Shown one piece after another: positions 12,914-23,440 of a stretch of DNA of 64,000 nucleotides (positions within the stretch are counted from its first letter, which is position 1; each line of letters opens with the position of its first letter). The notes beneath the pieces were generated by a model, which saw nothing but the letters and a program-made list of their open reading frames with translations, searched no databases and was not told the DNA's origin. Origin of the DNA: Schizochytrium sp. TIO01. Its lineage: Eukaryota; Protista; Bigyra: Labyrinthulomycetes. Made by a program: the position numbers and the translations under genes. Location: contig SMSO01000035.1 in the NCBI GenBank assembly GCA_004764695.1, positions 124,001 through 188,000 on the forward strand, written 5' to 3'.

Positions 12914-15900
12914 TATACTGCTATCCCACTATCTAAATCACTAGCAATCTGAGTAGCAAATTAGCTAGCGAACTCCCTCCCTATTCAGGCCTCGTGAGCC
13001 CGACGGCCCCTGCCACTTCTCGCGGCAGCAAGCTTGCTCGCAAAAGGGCGCTCTAGGCAGCACCCCGCCACAGTATGTATTATTCTACTTCTGCTGCTCC
13101 AGCCCCTCCGTGCTGCTTGGCGGCTCGAAGAAGAGTTCTTCTGCTGGTCACGGCACGACTTGATCTCTCTTTCCTTTCCGCTCAATCTCTTTTGAATCAA
13201 TCTTACTTGCTTCCTTATCCGGTCCTGATGTGCCTTTGAGTGGGTGTTAAGAGGAAAGTGCTTCGAGATGAAGGGCCTCCTCCAGAGGCAGTGTGATGTG
13301 AGGGCGCTGTGAGGGGGACCTATGCAGAGCCACAACGATCAATAGACTGTAGGCTTGTGTGACAGAGGAGGTAGATTTGATGTGAGGGGGTATGGCCAGT
13401 GGGCTCAGAGGAGGAAAGGTAGGGTAGAAGCGCAAAAAGTTGAGGATTGAGCGCCAAAGTTCCTTCCAATGCCCTTTCTTTCTTCCTTTCACCTCTACTT
13501 CTTCCTCTTCCCGGTTAAAATTTCTCTCAGTCTCTTTTTCTCCTTTTTTCTTTCCTGTATTTTTATTTTTATTTTTTTCTGTCTGTCTGTCTGTCTGTCT
13601 GTCCTTTTCAGGTCTCCGGCTGTCTATGTCTGTTCTTTGCTGCGTTTGATGGATATTGCTTTCGGTGCGCGAAGCTGGCTGGGTATGCGTCGCTGTTGAG
13701 CTCGCTGGTATTTTTGCAGCGAGGGCTCGGGCCTGCCGGATTGAAACCTGGCCTCCGCTGTAGCTTTTCCTATCTTGCTGCTGCCCGTGTCTCGGACACG
13801 ATGTCCTCACAGACGTTTTCAGACCAAAAATTCTCGCACAGAAATAAACAGAGAAGAAGAGAAGAAGAGAAGAAGAGGAAAAGAGAAAAAGAGAGAGAAA
13901 GAGGGAAAGAAAGAAACAAAAAAGAAAGAAGAAACGTCGAACAGTCTTTCAAAACTTTCAGAGAATTGTGCTGCAACAAGGGATTTCTTCGCCCGCCCTG
14001 ACCCCGACTCGTCTTCAACAACGATGACCGCCGCTGCCGATGCACAATGTCAACTCTTCTCCGCGGAGCCTTGGACCTCTATTCCTGCTGCCCTCGGCCT
14101 CTGCTGCTTCGAAGTCGAGCTAAATTCAAAATTCGAATTCAAAATTCGAACTCAAATTTCAAAAAGCGGCCGCTATTGTAGAGTGAAACAAGGGCGCCTC
14201 AACAACTCCAACAAGCCACGAGGATCCGTCACTCGAGGCAGGCTTCCCCGCGCTGCGCGAGACAGTTCTAGAAGCCCTCCTCGCGCGAGCGAGGATACTT
14301 CTAGCCGCTCCCGGGCCTTCAACCTGCGACGCGTCGCCCAAGGTATGTATGTATGTATGCAGTGTATATCTAAGTGCCTCGCTTTTCGAGGTCGTCCCGA
14401 TCGCTCCGGACCGATGAACTATTCTCAGCGCCCGATCGCCTTCAAGGCCTGCCTTCGCTAGGCCCCTACCGGCGTCCAGCGGGTCTTCGCGTGGCTCTTC
14501 CCCGAGCTCAGCCGAGGCAGAAGGTCGTCTCGAGCGGTGGTGATGACGGTGGCGCAGGAAGCGGGAATGCTCGCTTGCTCGAATCAAGAATGCCTCGCGA
14601 GGTCTCGAGTTCTGACGATTTTGACCCCTTGTCAACCTCGTATCTGACCTTTCGTAGCAAATACTTTCATTCCTTTCTATGCCAAGTCCTACGGCCCACT
14701 AGCCTCACACTCCTAAGCAGAACTTTTCCACTCCTTTCTCCTGCTTCTACGAGGAGGTTTCTAGCGAGGTACGTAGCTAGCTACATGCCTACCAGTATGC
14801 TACCCAGGAAGGGAAGAGTCTCTTCATCCAATCCTCCTTTTCAATCACAAGGCGTTTATTATGGGCCCCATAGGTTTCTTGAGAGAAGAACTCGAAAGAA
14901 ACAAAGAAAACTAAAACTCCCTTATTATCTCGATGGTCATGGAAAAGGAGCTTTTACGCTTGCGAAGGTGCCAAACTAACACAGCAGCACCCTGTTACGC
15001 AATGGATGCACGCACGCACTCGGCATAAGGACCTCTCTGAGGACCATTTCGCTGTCTCACCACCAAATCCTAGAAACTTTGGTCCTCGCAAAGCGAAAAC
15101 TGAAAGAGGATCCTGCTGCCCTCATGTACTCGAGTAATTTTTTTAAACTAAACAAGAAATCAAAAAAATTCATATAAAGTGTAAGAAGAGTTTTCAATCC
15201 TTCAAACCATAAAATTTATATTATTTTTTCATTTTTTAATAAAAGTATAAAAAGGATTGAATTAAAATTAGAATGAAAGGGAATATGGTCATCAGTTGGT
15301 GTTTTAGGTAGGTATTCTAGGTAGGCACCTAAAGGAAAAGGAGGAAACTTTCAAAGCCGCGCCCGTTCGTTGGTGCATAGTAGTACGATAGTCTCCCATT
15401 AAGAACCCAGTGCGAAAGTACCGGAACTAGAGAACCTAATGAGTCCTCACTCTCAATAGCCAGAGATAATGAATTAAAATCTTTTACCTCGGGTAAGAAC
15501 TCAAGAAAACAGTCACTCATTGTCCTAAGTTTTCAAAACTAAATAAAAGAATCAATAGCCGCTATTAAGTAGGTAGTAGCTACCAGATAGAAAATTAAAA
15601 AGCGTCATAAAGGAGCGCGTTGGCTGTGATTCTGAGAAGGAGATGATCGCTGTGGAAACCTGGCCCAGGCTTCTCCGCGACATGAAAAGCAGTGCTACTA
15701 GTTATTGCGGATATATCTATATATTCTCAGTACATATCGTAGTTGATTTCGATTATTGCTCCAACTTTGAGCCATTTCTTTCAGAGTTCTTGGGCACAGA
15801 ACCGATTGTGATATATTTTCTAAACTACCCCCTATCAGGTGGCTCTCTGTAATAATCTAATAGAGTAATTTGTAGAACTAGCGTGCTGAGTAGGCTCCTT

Positions 15901-16919
15901 CGCAACTATGGTCGAAAACTGTTCGCAGCCGCACAAGACCACGCGTATCTTCACGCTCTATTGAAGCAATCTATTAGTAATAGGTGGTACGCCTACGAAA
16001 GAAAAAAGCGAAACAAGAAAGGGACCTGAGTTCGAATAGAGCTTCTTTGGTCGCCTTGTCGCCCTTGATTGCCATTGTATCGCTAATGTGGGAGTGAAGA
16101 AACCACCATTCGTATCGAATAAGCAGATACATAAGCATAAAGACTGTCCAAAAAGTTCACAACTCAATAACAGGCCACTTTTTAGGAGAAGAAGAATAAA
16201 GAAGAGGGAAGCCTCAAAACCAGTTTATTTTTTAATAAAGTTTAGAAGTTGCTGTCCAATCTTTTCAAAATCTTGAAACACTTCAAGTTGAAAGAAGGGA
16301 AAAGAGACGGCGGGCGCAATTCTTTCTACTAAGCTCTACCTACTACAATCCTTATTGGTTTCGCGCACTTTGTTTTTACTCGTCCTTTACTATTTCCAAG
16401 CTTCCTTCCTATCCAAGTAGTGGTCGATCGGTAACTAGTTAGCTAGCTAAAATACCTAGCGCACTTTTACATTCTGCTTTCTTCTTTTTAACACCTACTC
16501 AGATCTGCTGCTCGCCGAAGGTATGGCCGAACCAAGGCTTTCCTTCAATCCATCCTCCCTAGCTTGTCATTGATAGCCGCACTATTGCGGCCCAAGCTCG
16601 TCCATCACAAAACAATCAGGCACGTCCTAATACATTCTAGACTTGAGTGCCTTTATTTCCGTGTTCTTCAACCTTTTTCTTTCTTTCTTTCTTTCTTTCT
16701 TCAGTTGCTTACTTTTCTGTTGTTTCGCTTTTTTTAAATTTTAAAATATATTTTAAATAAGTAATTTAGGGTGAATAACGTGAAGTCGTAGTGATTGTAG
16801 TCTCTACAAATAAACAAGAACCTCTTCTTCTTAATAAAGTAAAATCATAATAATAATAAACTTATTAATTATATATATTGTTTTACTCTGTTTAGAACAT
16901 AAGCACTTGAGATGAAGGG

Positions 16920-17153
16920 ATCGCGTGCTCACCGGTCCCTGCATCGCTTCGCGTTGGTGCGGCGCAGCACGGGCCTCCGAGACGGTGTTCGACTTCGCTT
17001 TCCTCGGCAACTTTGACGAGACCTCACGGTGTTGCTTATCCGTCTCCGGCACGCGATTAGAACGGGACCGAAGTTGTGCCAAGCGATGCGCCTCAGCGGA
17101 CTCGCCTGCTTTGCCTCATTCCAAGGCACCAACGAACTCGATGAAACAGTTGG
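16920..17153 (+). other. Self-complementary GC-rich island, candidate structured ncRNA or regulatory element
   Basis: Three perfect 9-nt and two perfect 7-nt reverse-complement pairs within ~215 nt, flanked by AT-rich tracts. No known family recognised. Confidence 0.3.
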
Positions 17154-20100
17154 ATTTCTAGGGGTTTCGAATATTTTGGAATGAAAGAACAAAAGAAATA
17201 AACAAAGAGGACATCTTCTAAACGCGGAGGAGTCTTCCTTTAGAAATTTAAGAGGGGCGATCGATGGCCTAAGTCTGGATTGATGAAGCTATTTCTGCGT
17301 TCCTTTGTGTCGCAAATGCATTCGAATGTTCAAGTGACCGTCTGTTTCTTCGTCAGTTTGATTGTTCTCCTCGCGATATGTCTTTTCTCATCTTCTTTTT
17401 CCATTTCTCTACTTCCTTCCTATTTCCTATTTCTTCCTCGGTTCTTGTTTCCACTTGAGTCGGCGGCGCCATTCCCATCCGGAACTTCTACTCTCCTCTC
17501 ACTACATTGCCCTAGCCTCGCTCTGTGGGCGTGGCTGTGGGAAATCAGACATCACATCTCCCGCAGCGTTCGCCATTGTTACCGCGCAAGGAAATGCGCC
17601 TTGTACTAAGACGCCTGACTAGGGTCTCCAGCGTTGCTGCTGTAGAACTTCGTGGCTGTGGGGCAGTATCGCTAGGCGATCTGCGGGACCAAGCATATTT
17701 CAAGTCTTTCCCTTAGACGCGATAAAAGCATCGCCACGGATGTTACGGTGAAGGTGAGTTGATTGTGAAGTATAAGTAATTTCGTGCAAGCACCGATAAT
17801 AACCGAGGCTAGCGTTACATATGTTGGTGTTCTTGTCAGAGGTCAAAAACTAAATCTATAAACGAGATATCACCTAGCTAGTTAGAAACCAGAAGTTAAA
17901 TTAATGTACATGCTATCTGCTATCTCGCTCTTTGTAAAATCATCGAAGACGCCCATCATAAACTTCAACTTTTGCATATAGTTGTAGAGAAAAAGCCAGT
18001 TTAAACTACTCAAAGTTGGTGTAGGGCATTGTCTAGTGCCCCATTACACTTTCATGGTCCCAATACAATCGCTTCAATTTGTTACCACTTTCGCAAGCAG
18101 AGTCTACCCTTGGATAAAGAGCCAAGGAAAAGAATGCGTTTCTGCCTATATTATGTTGAGTCTTTAGATGCAATAGCAAGGTGGTTGAACATCTGAGAAA
18201 AGTTTTCCCTAAACACTTTGGTGGTACCCAAAATAGACAGGAGAATGGTACCTGCCTTGACGACCAAAAGCCTGCATTTGCAGAAGGAACGACAGATTCT
18301 TCTCCCCAAGCCCGTATCTGACTGACCAAAGCTGTTGTACTATAGATCGTATAGGTCGTGAAACTCAGACTCGCCTTGAGTCCTCTCGAACCTGATTGAG
18401 TTCCCATAATATGATGGCATGAGTGATATGAGTATACAGGGTCGATTTCTTTCATGTAAAGTTGAACTATAGTTATAAGAGGCTGAATAATCCTTTCAAA
18501 AGAAAGAAAAACATGCCTACTATGTTGGTAGTTATTTCTTTTATTCTTTTTCTCTTGTTCTCTCAAGTGTGCCTAGCCCTAGGTTCGATGAGTAGGTCCC
18601 TACAGGACTTTCGCTAACTACAACTATGTTTATGAAGCTGCTAGATCTTGCTTCTCATAACCCAGTCCAAAGGTGGAGGTGGGTTTTGCAATGTTTAAAG
18701 AGAATTGTCCACTAGCAAGAAAATAAAATATGGGTCTTTCATGGATCCCCACAGCGATCGTTCCGGAAGAGATATTGTCGTAGCTGGCACACACCGCATG
18801 TACCCTTTCCTTATCAAAACGAAAGAAGCTACTGGGGGGGTTTCCTCTCTGATTTTTGCCAAAAGGGAACCCACTGTGACGAGGAATTTCTTAATTTTTT
18901 TTCCAGTGGGCACTGAGGGCGTGTACGCAGTGGCGCTCTGTCGCTTTAGGGGGAGCCTTCACAAACCTGTGAGAGTCATCAATCCTAAGATAATGCATGC
19001 ATATAGCAGAGAATCATCTAATGTATCACTGCCAGCTCCAAGAGAATTGCAAGCAAAAAGTAGCAAATGTTTTGGAGCAGTGATCCCTCTGATGAAGCGT
19101 CGGGGCCAAAAACACAAGCCTTCTTCTTGCGAACCTTCTTGCGAAGATAACCTTCGAAAATTCTATATTTTCCAGCTGTTGTGACCCAATCGTGCTGTCA
19201 GCTTGATATCACCGGAATAATAATCCTAGGTCTCCCAAGGCTGGCAAGTGTGCTCTTCAAGTGACTACGCGATTTGATTTTGCTAGATGGTAGGTACTTG
19301 CTTATGATGTAATCTGACACAATGTCATCAATCGAGAGATAAGAATTGAATGCCCGCTCCCTCAGAACTGAAGTTCAAAGCACACCCTAAAGCAAAGCAA
19401 TTTATAGTGATGCTAATGAATGTATCGAATGCCGACTCAACGTGGTTCTTCTTCTTTGGGAAGGGCAACCCTTCATTTGGTTGGTTTCTCCTCGTTATTC
19501 GAGATGTTATATTTAGGTACTTCAGATTAGAGACCTAAATCGATCTCGCTCACAAAGAAAAAGAAGTCCAAATCAAAGCCGAAACCCAAATAAGCGGCCA
19601 ACTCAGAGTCCGCTCACTGCATTAGAAGGTTGTCTCCCCTATACGACCAGCGCTCGCCCGCCTGGAATCCAACCTCTCCGTGCAAGATGGGCAACATGAA
19701 GATCCTTTAGGATCCTTGAAGTTCCTCAGGTTTAGTATATGTTACCTTTTGTAATAAGAAAAAAAGCCTTCATGTTAGATTTTCTATTTTCAAATCATCC
19801 AATTCTTCTCCACGACCATACGTCGCGACGCGGCTTGGCCTTGAGCAGCCTCTTGAAGTGAAGCTTGGACTCCGAAGCGAGAGAGGTTCCTGTCAGCTCT
19901 TATCGCGCCAGGTCCACAGGCGGCTGCCTATGCGGCGTCTGTCTGCCCGTGTCCGAGCCCACTCGGCCTCGAGAGGGTTCGCTTTTGGTTCTGCTCTTTG
20001 AAGAGGAGATGAAGAAAATTCTGCGATTTCTTCTCCACGATTTCAAGTATAGTGTACTTAAGGTAGGTAATAGGTAACATGAGGGATTTTCAAAAATAAA

Positions 20101-21291
20101 TATCCAGACGCCTAGCAGTTGCCTAGGCTAGAGTTAGTTGGGCACCGGGTTCTCTTTTTTTCTGTCAAGTTTTTCTTTCAAGCTCTTTTTTCAAATTCTC
20201 TTTCAAGTTCGGTTTTCTACGACGCTTTTCGATTGATCCAAGTTCCTTTTCAAAGGCAGCAGATCTTGAAGGCTTCCTCGCCGCCTGCCTCGCCAGGCTG
20301 CGGCCGGCCGGCCCGCCTGCCTCGCCATCCAGACTCGAGGAAGGCCCGAGCCCGAGATCCCCAGCCAGCCTGCAGGAGCAGCGCCAGCCCCCGCTCTTCT
20401 TCGGTGGCAAGGAAGGAGCGGATAGATACAAAATACAGTTTGAACTTCAGGACCATCTTCAATATTGATGTATTGAGCACCAGCGTGCCGGGAAAAGCCT
20501 GCTCTACTACCCACCTCTGACAGGCGGATCTGCCTGGACTCGTGGACTTTCTGCTTTCTTCGAAACCCAACGTTGAGGCCAGCAGCTTGTTTGGTGGTGG
20601 CAGGCAGTACATGAAATGGTGAGGGGGATAGTTGTCCTTTCTCGAGGAGCTGGTGCTTACCCAGCGACTAGTTCTGCCATGTGAAGGATTTAAGCAACTC
20701 GTCGAGCTCCTTTTTTTCTAATAGATACGTACCTAGGTGACCATCAAGACTTACTCTCACTAGCCAGAGGTAATATGCTCAAACCTTTCAGCTTCAAGTT
20801 AGTAAACAAAAATCAAGCCAAAACAATCACTCATAACATTGGTAATGCTGACGATGAATGATAAGTTAAATCTTGAGGTAATAGCGAGCGAGCTAGGCAG
20901 AGACGTACCTCCTATGCTAAGGACAATGGATCAGATGGGGAAAACGGGGAAAAGGGGTGGTATCCCCACAGAGCTAGGTGTGTACGATTGAGGGGTCCCC
21001 GGAGTGGGAACGCGGATGGGCTGGGAACAGGGGAGATGGACCTCGCGCGGTACAGGAAGTGGAATTGAACATTGGATAGACTCCCCTAGGAATGAACATA
21101 CTACCATGCATCTGAGGAACGTCTGTTTCTTGTATTGAATTACGTGCACGAGTCCATTCTGCTGAATCGACGGCTGTCACAAGCGTAGCTCGCAGCAAAA
21201 CCTCGAAAAGCCTTTTCAGAGCGAGCGGCTGAAGACAAGCCGGCAGAAGTTTGCTGGAAGCTGTGCAAGGTTGAAAAGTTAGTGCTCCAAG

Positions 21292-22119
21292 ATGCCGGGG
21301 CGACATCAGTCGGCGCAAGAACTTGAGTTTCTTAAAGAGGCGTACAAGAAGGGACTCAAACATGAGTATGGTGGTCATACGCTTGACTTGATGGATTTTG
21401 CTTTGGTAAAACGGTATGCGGAAATCGATGCGGCGAGTTTTAAGGAACAACATGCTTTAGGGATCGCCGAGGTTGAAGATGCGCTTCAAGATCAAAAACT
21501 TTCCATGTCTGATGCGTTTGTACAAATGGAGTATGACCGTATCCATGCTCGCAAAATTGCTGCAACAGACAAAAACGTTGGGGTTAATGAAGGACAGTAT
21601 GAGGATTACCAGACCAATAAGTGCGATTTTTCACCCTCGGCACAAGCGGCACTGGCAAGGAAACGCGCCACGGATGCTGCCAAACAAAGTAATGCACTAC
21701 GGCGAGGTCTGGCTGTCATTCAAAAAGAGCTTGAATGCGCTGATCCAGATGCCTTGCAACGACTAAGGGATATGGAGCGTGGGCCACAAGGACCCAGTGA
21801 ACACATCATGGATGCAACAACCAGAGATCAGCGTCGTAGAAGGCGTCGCCGTGGCCATGAACAAAACGAAGCTGCCACTCGCATGAAAGTACGATCTGAT
21901 CTCGAGAAACGAGCCCAACGAATATCCAAGGAAGATGCTTTCCAGATCCACCTTCGAAACCAATATACATCAAGCAATGCGCAGGAATTCTACCGCCCCG
22001 ATATGCTAGATATTCTTCTGGACCCAAACTTTGAGGTTCAAAACTTCAAAAACGCAAAAAGTACTCGCTACGCTGCTGCACGTATCGTTGCGTTAGACTT
22101 GAAGGGCTACAAGGTGTAA
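21292..22119 (+). CDS. Hypothetical 275-aa helical/charged protein with an Arg-rich putative NLS
   Basis: ATG-initiated 828-nt ORF with protein-like composition and RRRRRRR. No family recognised. Confidence 0.7.
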   Translation: MPGRHQSAQELEFLKEAYKKGLKHEYGGHTLDLMDFALVKRYAEIDAASFKEQHALGIAEVEDALQDQKLSMSDAFVQMEYDRIHARKIAATDKNVGVNEGQYEDYQTNKCDFSPSAQAALARKRATDAAKQSNALRRGLAVIQKELECADPDALQRLRDMERGPQGPSEHIMDATTRDQRRRRRRRGHEQNEAATRMKVRSDLEKRAQRISKEDAFQIHLRNQYTSSNAQEFYRPDMLDILLDPNFEVQNFKNAKSTRYAAARIVALDLKGYKV

Positions 22120-22650
22120 CATCCTATGGAGTGTAATATGCAATTTAAAGAATTTCTCCAGAAGCTTATTTGGAAGGTGCACCTGATGACGGAATCTAGT
22201 TCGACGTTGTTTCATTGTTTCATTGTTTCATTGCTCAGAACATAGTACATTGACAAGGTGTAGTATGTTTTAATAGTTAGGTGAAGAGAATTTTGACTCT
22301 AGGTCACTTTTCTCGTGTGCAGAAAACTCCTGTAGGCTCAGCTTCAAGCTTCCTCAATCGACACTAGGTAGTCGTTCTAGGATGCGCTGCTACTCACTAC
22401 CCTCACCATATCGTCAATATGTCCAGATCTTCTTCTTCCAGATTTTAAATACTATTGGGTGGTGCTACAGGTCTTAGTTGATGTTACCACAAAATTTACA
22501 TATGTTGCATTTCTGTCCTACTCTAGAGATACGCAGCTTTTGAGGTTGCTACAGCTAAAGCTGCAGTGTACCCATAACCCTAAAGGTGTGACATGTGCAT
22601 TTGCGATTAAAGATCAGCAACATGAGATAAATTATATTAAATATTTTACA

Positions 22651-22756
22651 TGATACAAAATAATACAAAATGATACAATATGATACAATTTGATACAATA
22701 TGATACAATATGATACAATATGATACAATATGATACAGCATGATACAGCATGATTC
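22651..22756. repeat. (TGATACAATA)n 10-mer minisatellite
   Basis: About 8-10 exact or near-exact copies, directly visible. Confidence 0.9.
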
Positions 22757-23084
22757 AATAAATAAAGAAGGACTCCACTCGATGTACTAGTATCACAGTG
22801 GTTTTACTCCCTTTAAATTACACTACTTGTTGACAAATAGTTGATTCTGTCGCTGAGCTATCGTCGATAAATATGTTTCATAATAAATAGATGGAACTGT
22901 ATATTACTTAAGCAAATTAAGGGCACCCTTGCTTTCCCAAAGACTATTATTCTCATTCATATGGTCAAGATGTCATTGAGCAGGCTAATGCCAAAGTCAT
23001 GCATACTGCTTAGCACCCTAGTGGTGCAGAGCTAACTTCACTTCGCAGTGCATGAGATCCTCCTGCAATCATTTCGAGGACTGT

Positions 23085-23440
23085 TTATGTTCGAGCGGAC
23101 GTCTTGCCAGATACCTTTTCCATGAGATTGTCAATGTACTGGCATAGGACAATGTCCTCTTCTTCAAGTTGACTCGATTGCAGGATTGCTCTCCGGTGCT
23201 GAGCGCTCAAAGCTGTAAACATTCCAATTTTGACACAGAGGAAGTTAGTCACACAAATCAAATCCTAGCATACTTGCTAACAACCAACGGGGCAGGCAGG
23301 AAAGTTTTCAACTGCATCGAAAGAGAGTGAAGACACTTACTAATCACGTTCTCCTGAACCTGTTCAACCTCACGGCGCAATTGGTTCTCATCCATGTTAT
23401 TGAGCGCTCGCACGCGCCTCTTCAAGTCCGCTGCATCCAT
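23085..23440 (-). CDS. Small spliced coiled-coil protein (75 aa), LIN52 (MuvB/DREAM subunit)-like; exons 23440-23341 and 23212-23085
   Basis: GTAAGT donor at 23340, GACTAAC branch point and TTTACAG acceptor ending at 23213. Splicing gives the in-frame MDAADLKRRVRALNNMDENQLRREVEQVQENVITLSAQHRRAILQSSQLEEEDIVLCQYIDNLMEKVSGKTSART*. The hydrophobic register matches the LIN52 C-terminal helices as recalled. Confidence 0.65.

Noticed and set aside
12985-14979. Several 100-230 aa ORFs upstream of the RRM gene
   Set aside because: Mostly non-ATG starts, translation of microsatellite and purine tracts, and no domain signal.
18033-19184. Two 160-180 aa ORFs in the gene-free region
   Set aside because: Non-ATG starts and no motif support; may be decayed sequence but could not be assigned.
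20756-20770. 15-nt word CTCACTAGCCAGAGG repeated at ~31783
   Set aside because: Similarity does not extend, so it is insufficient to call an element.
22651-22756. Regular repeat that could be taken for a CRISPR array
   Set aside because: Head-to-tail 10-mer with no spacers, in a eukaryotic context.
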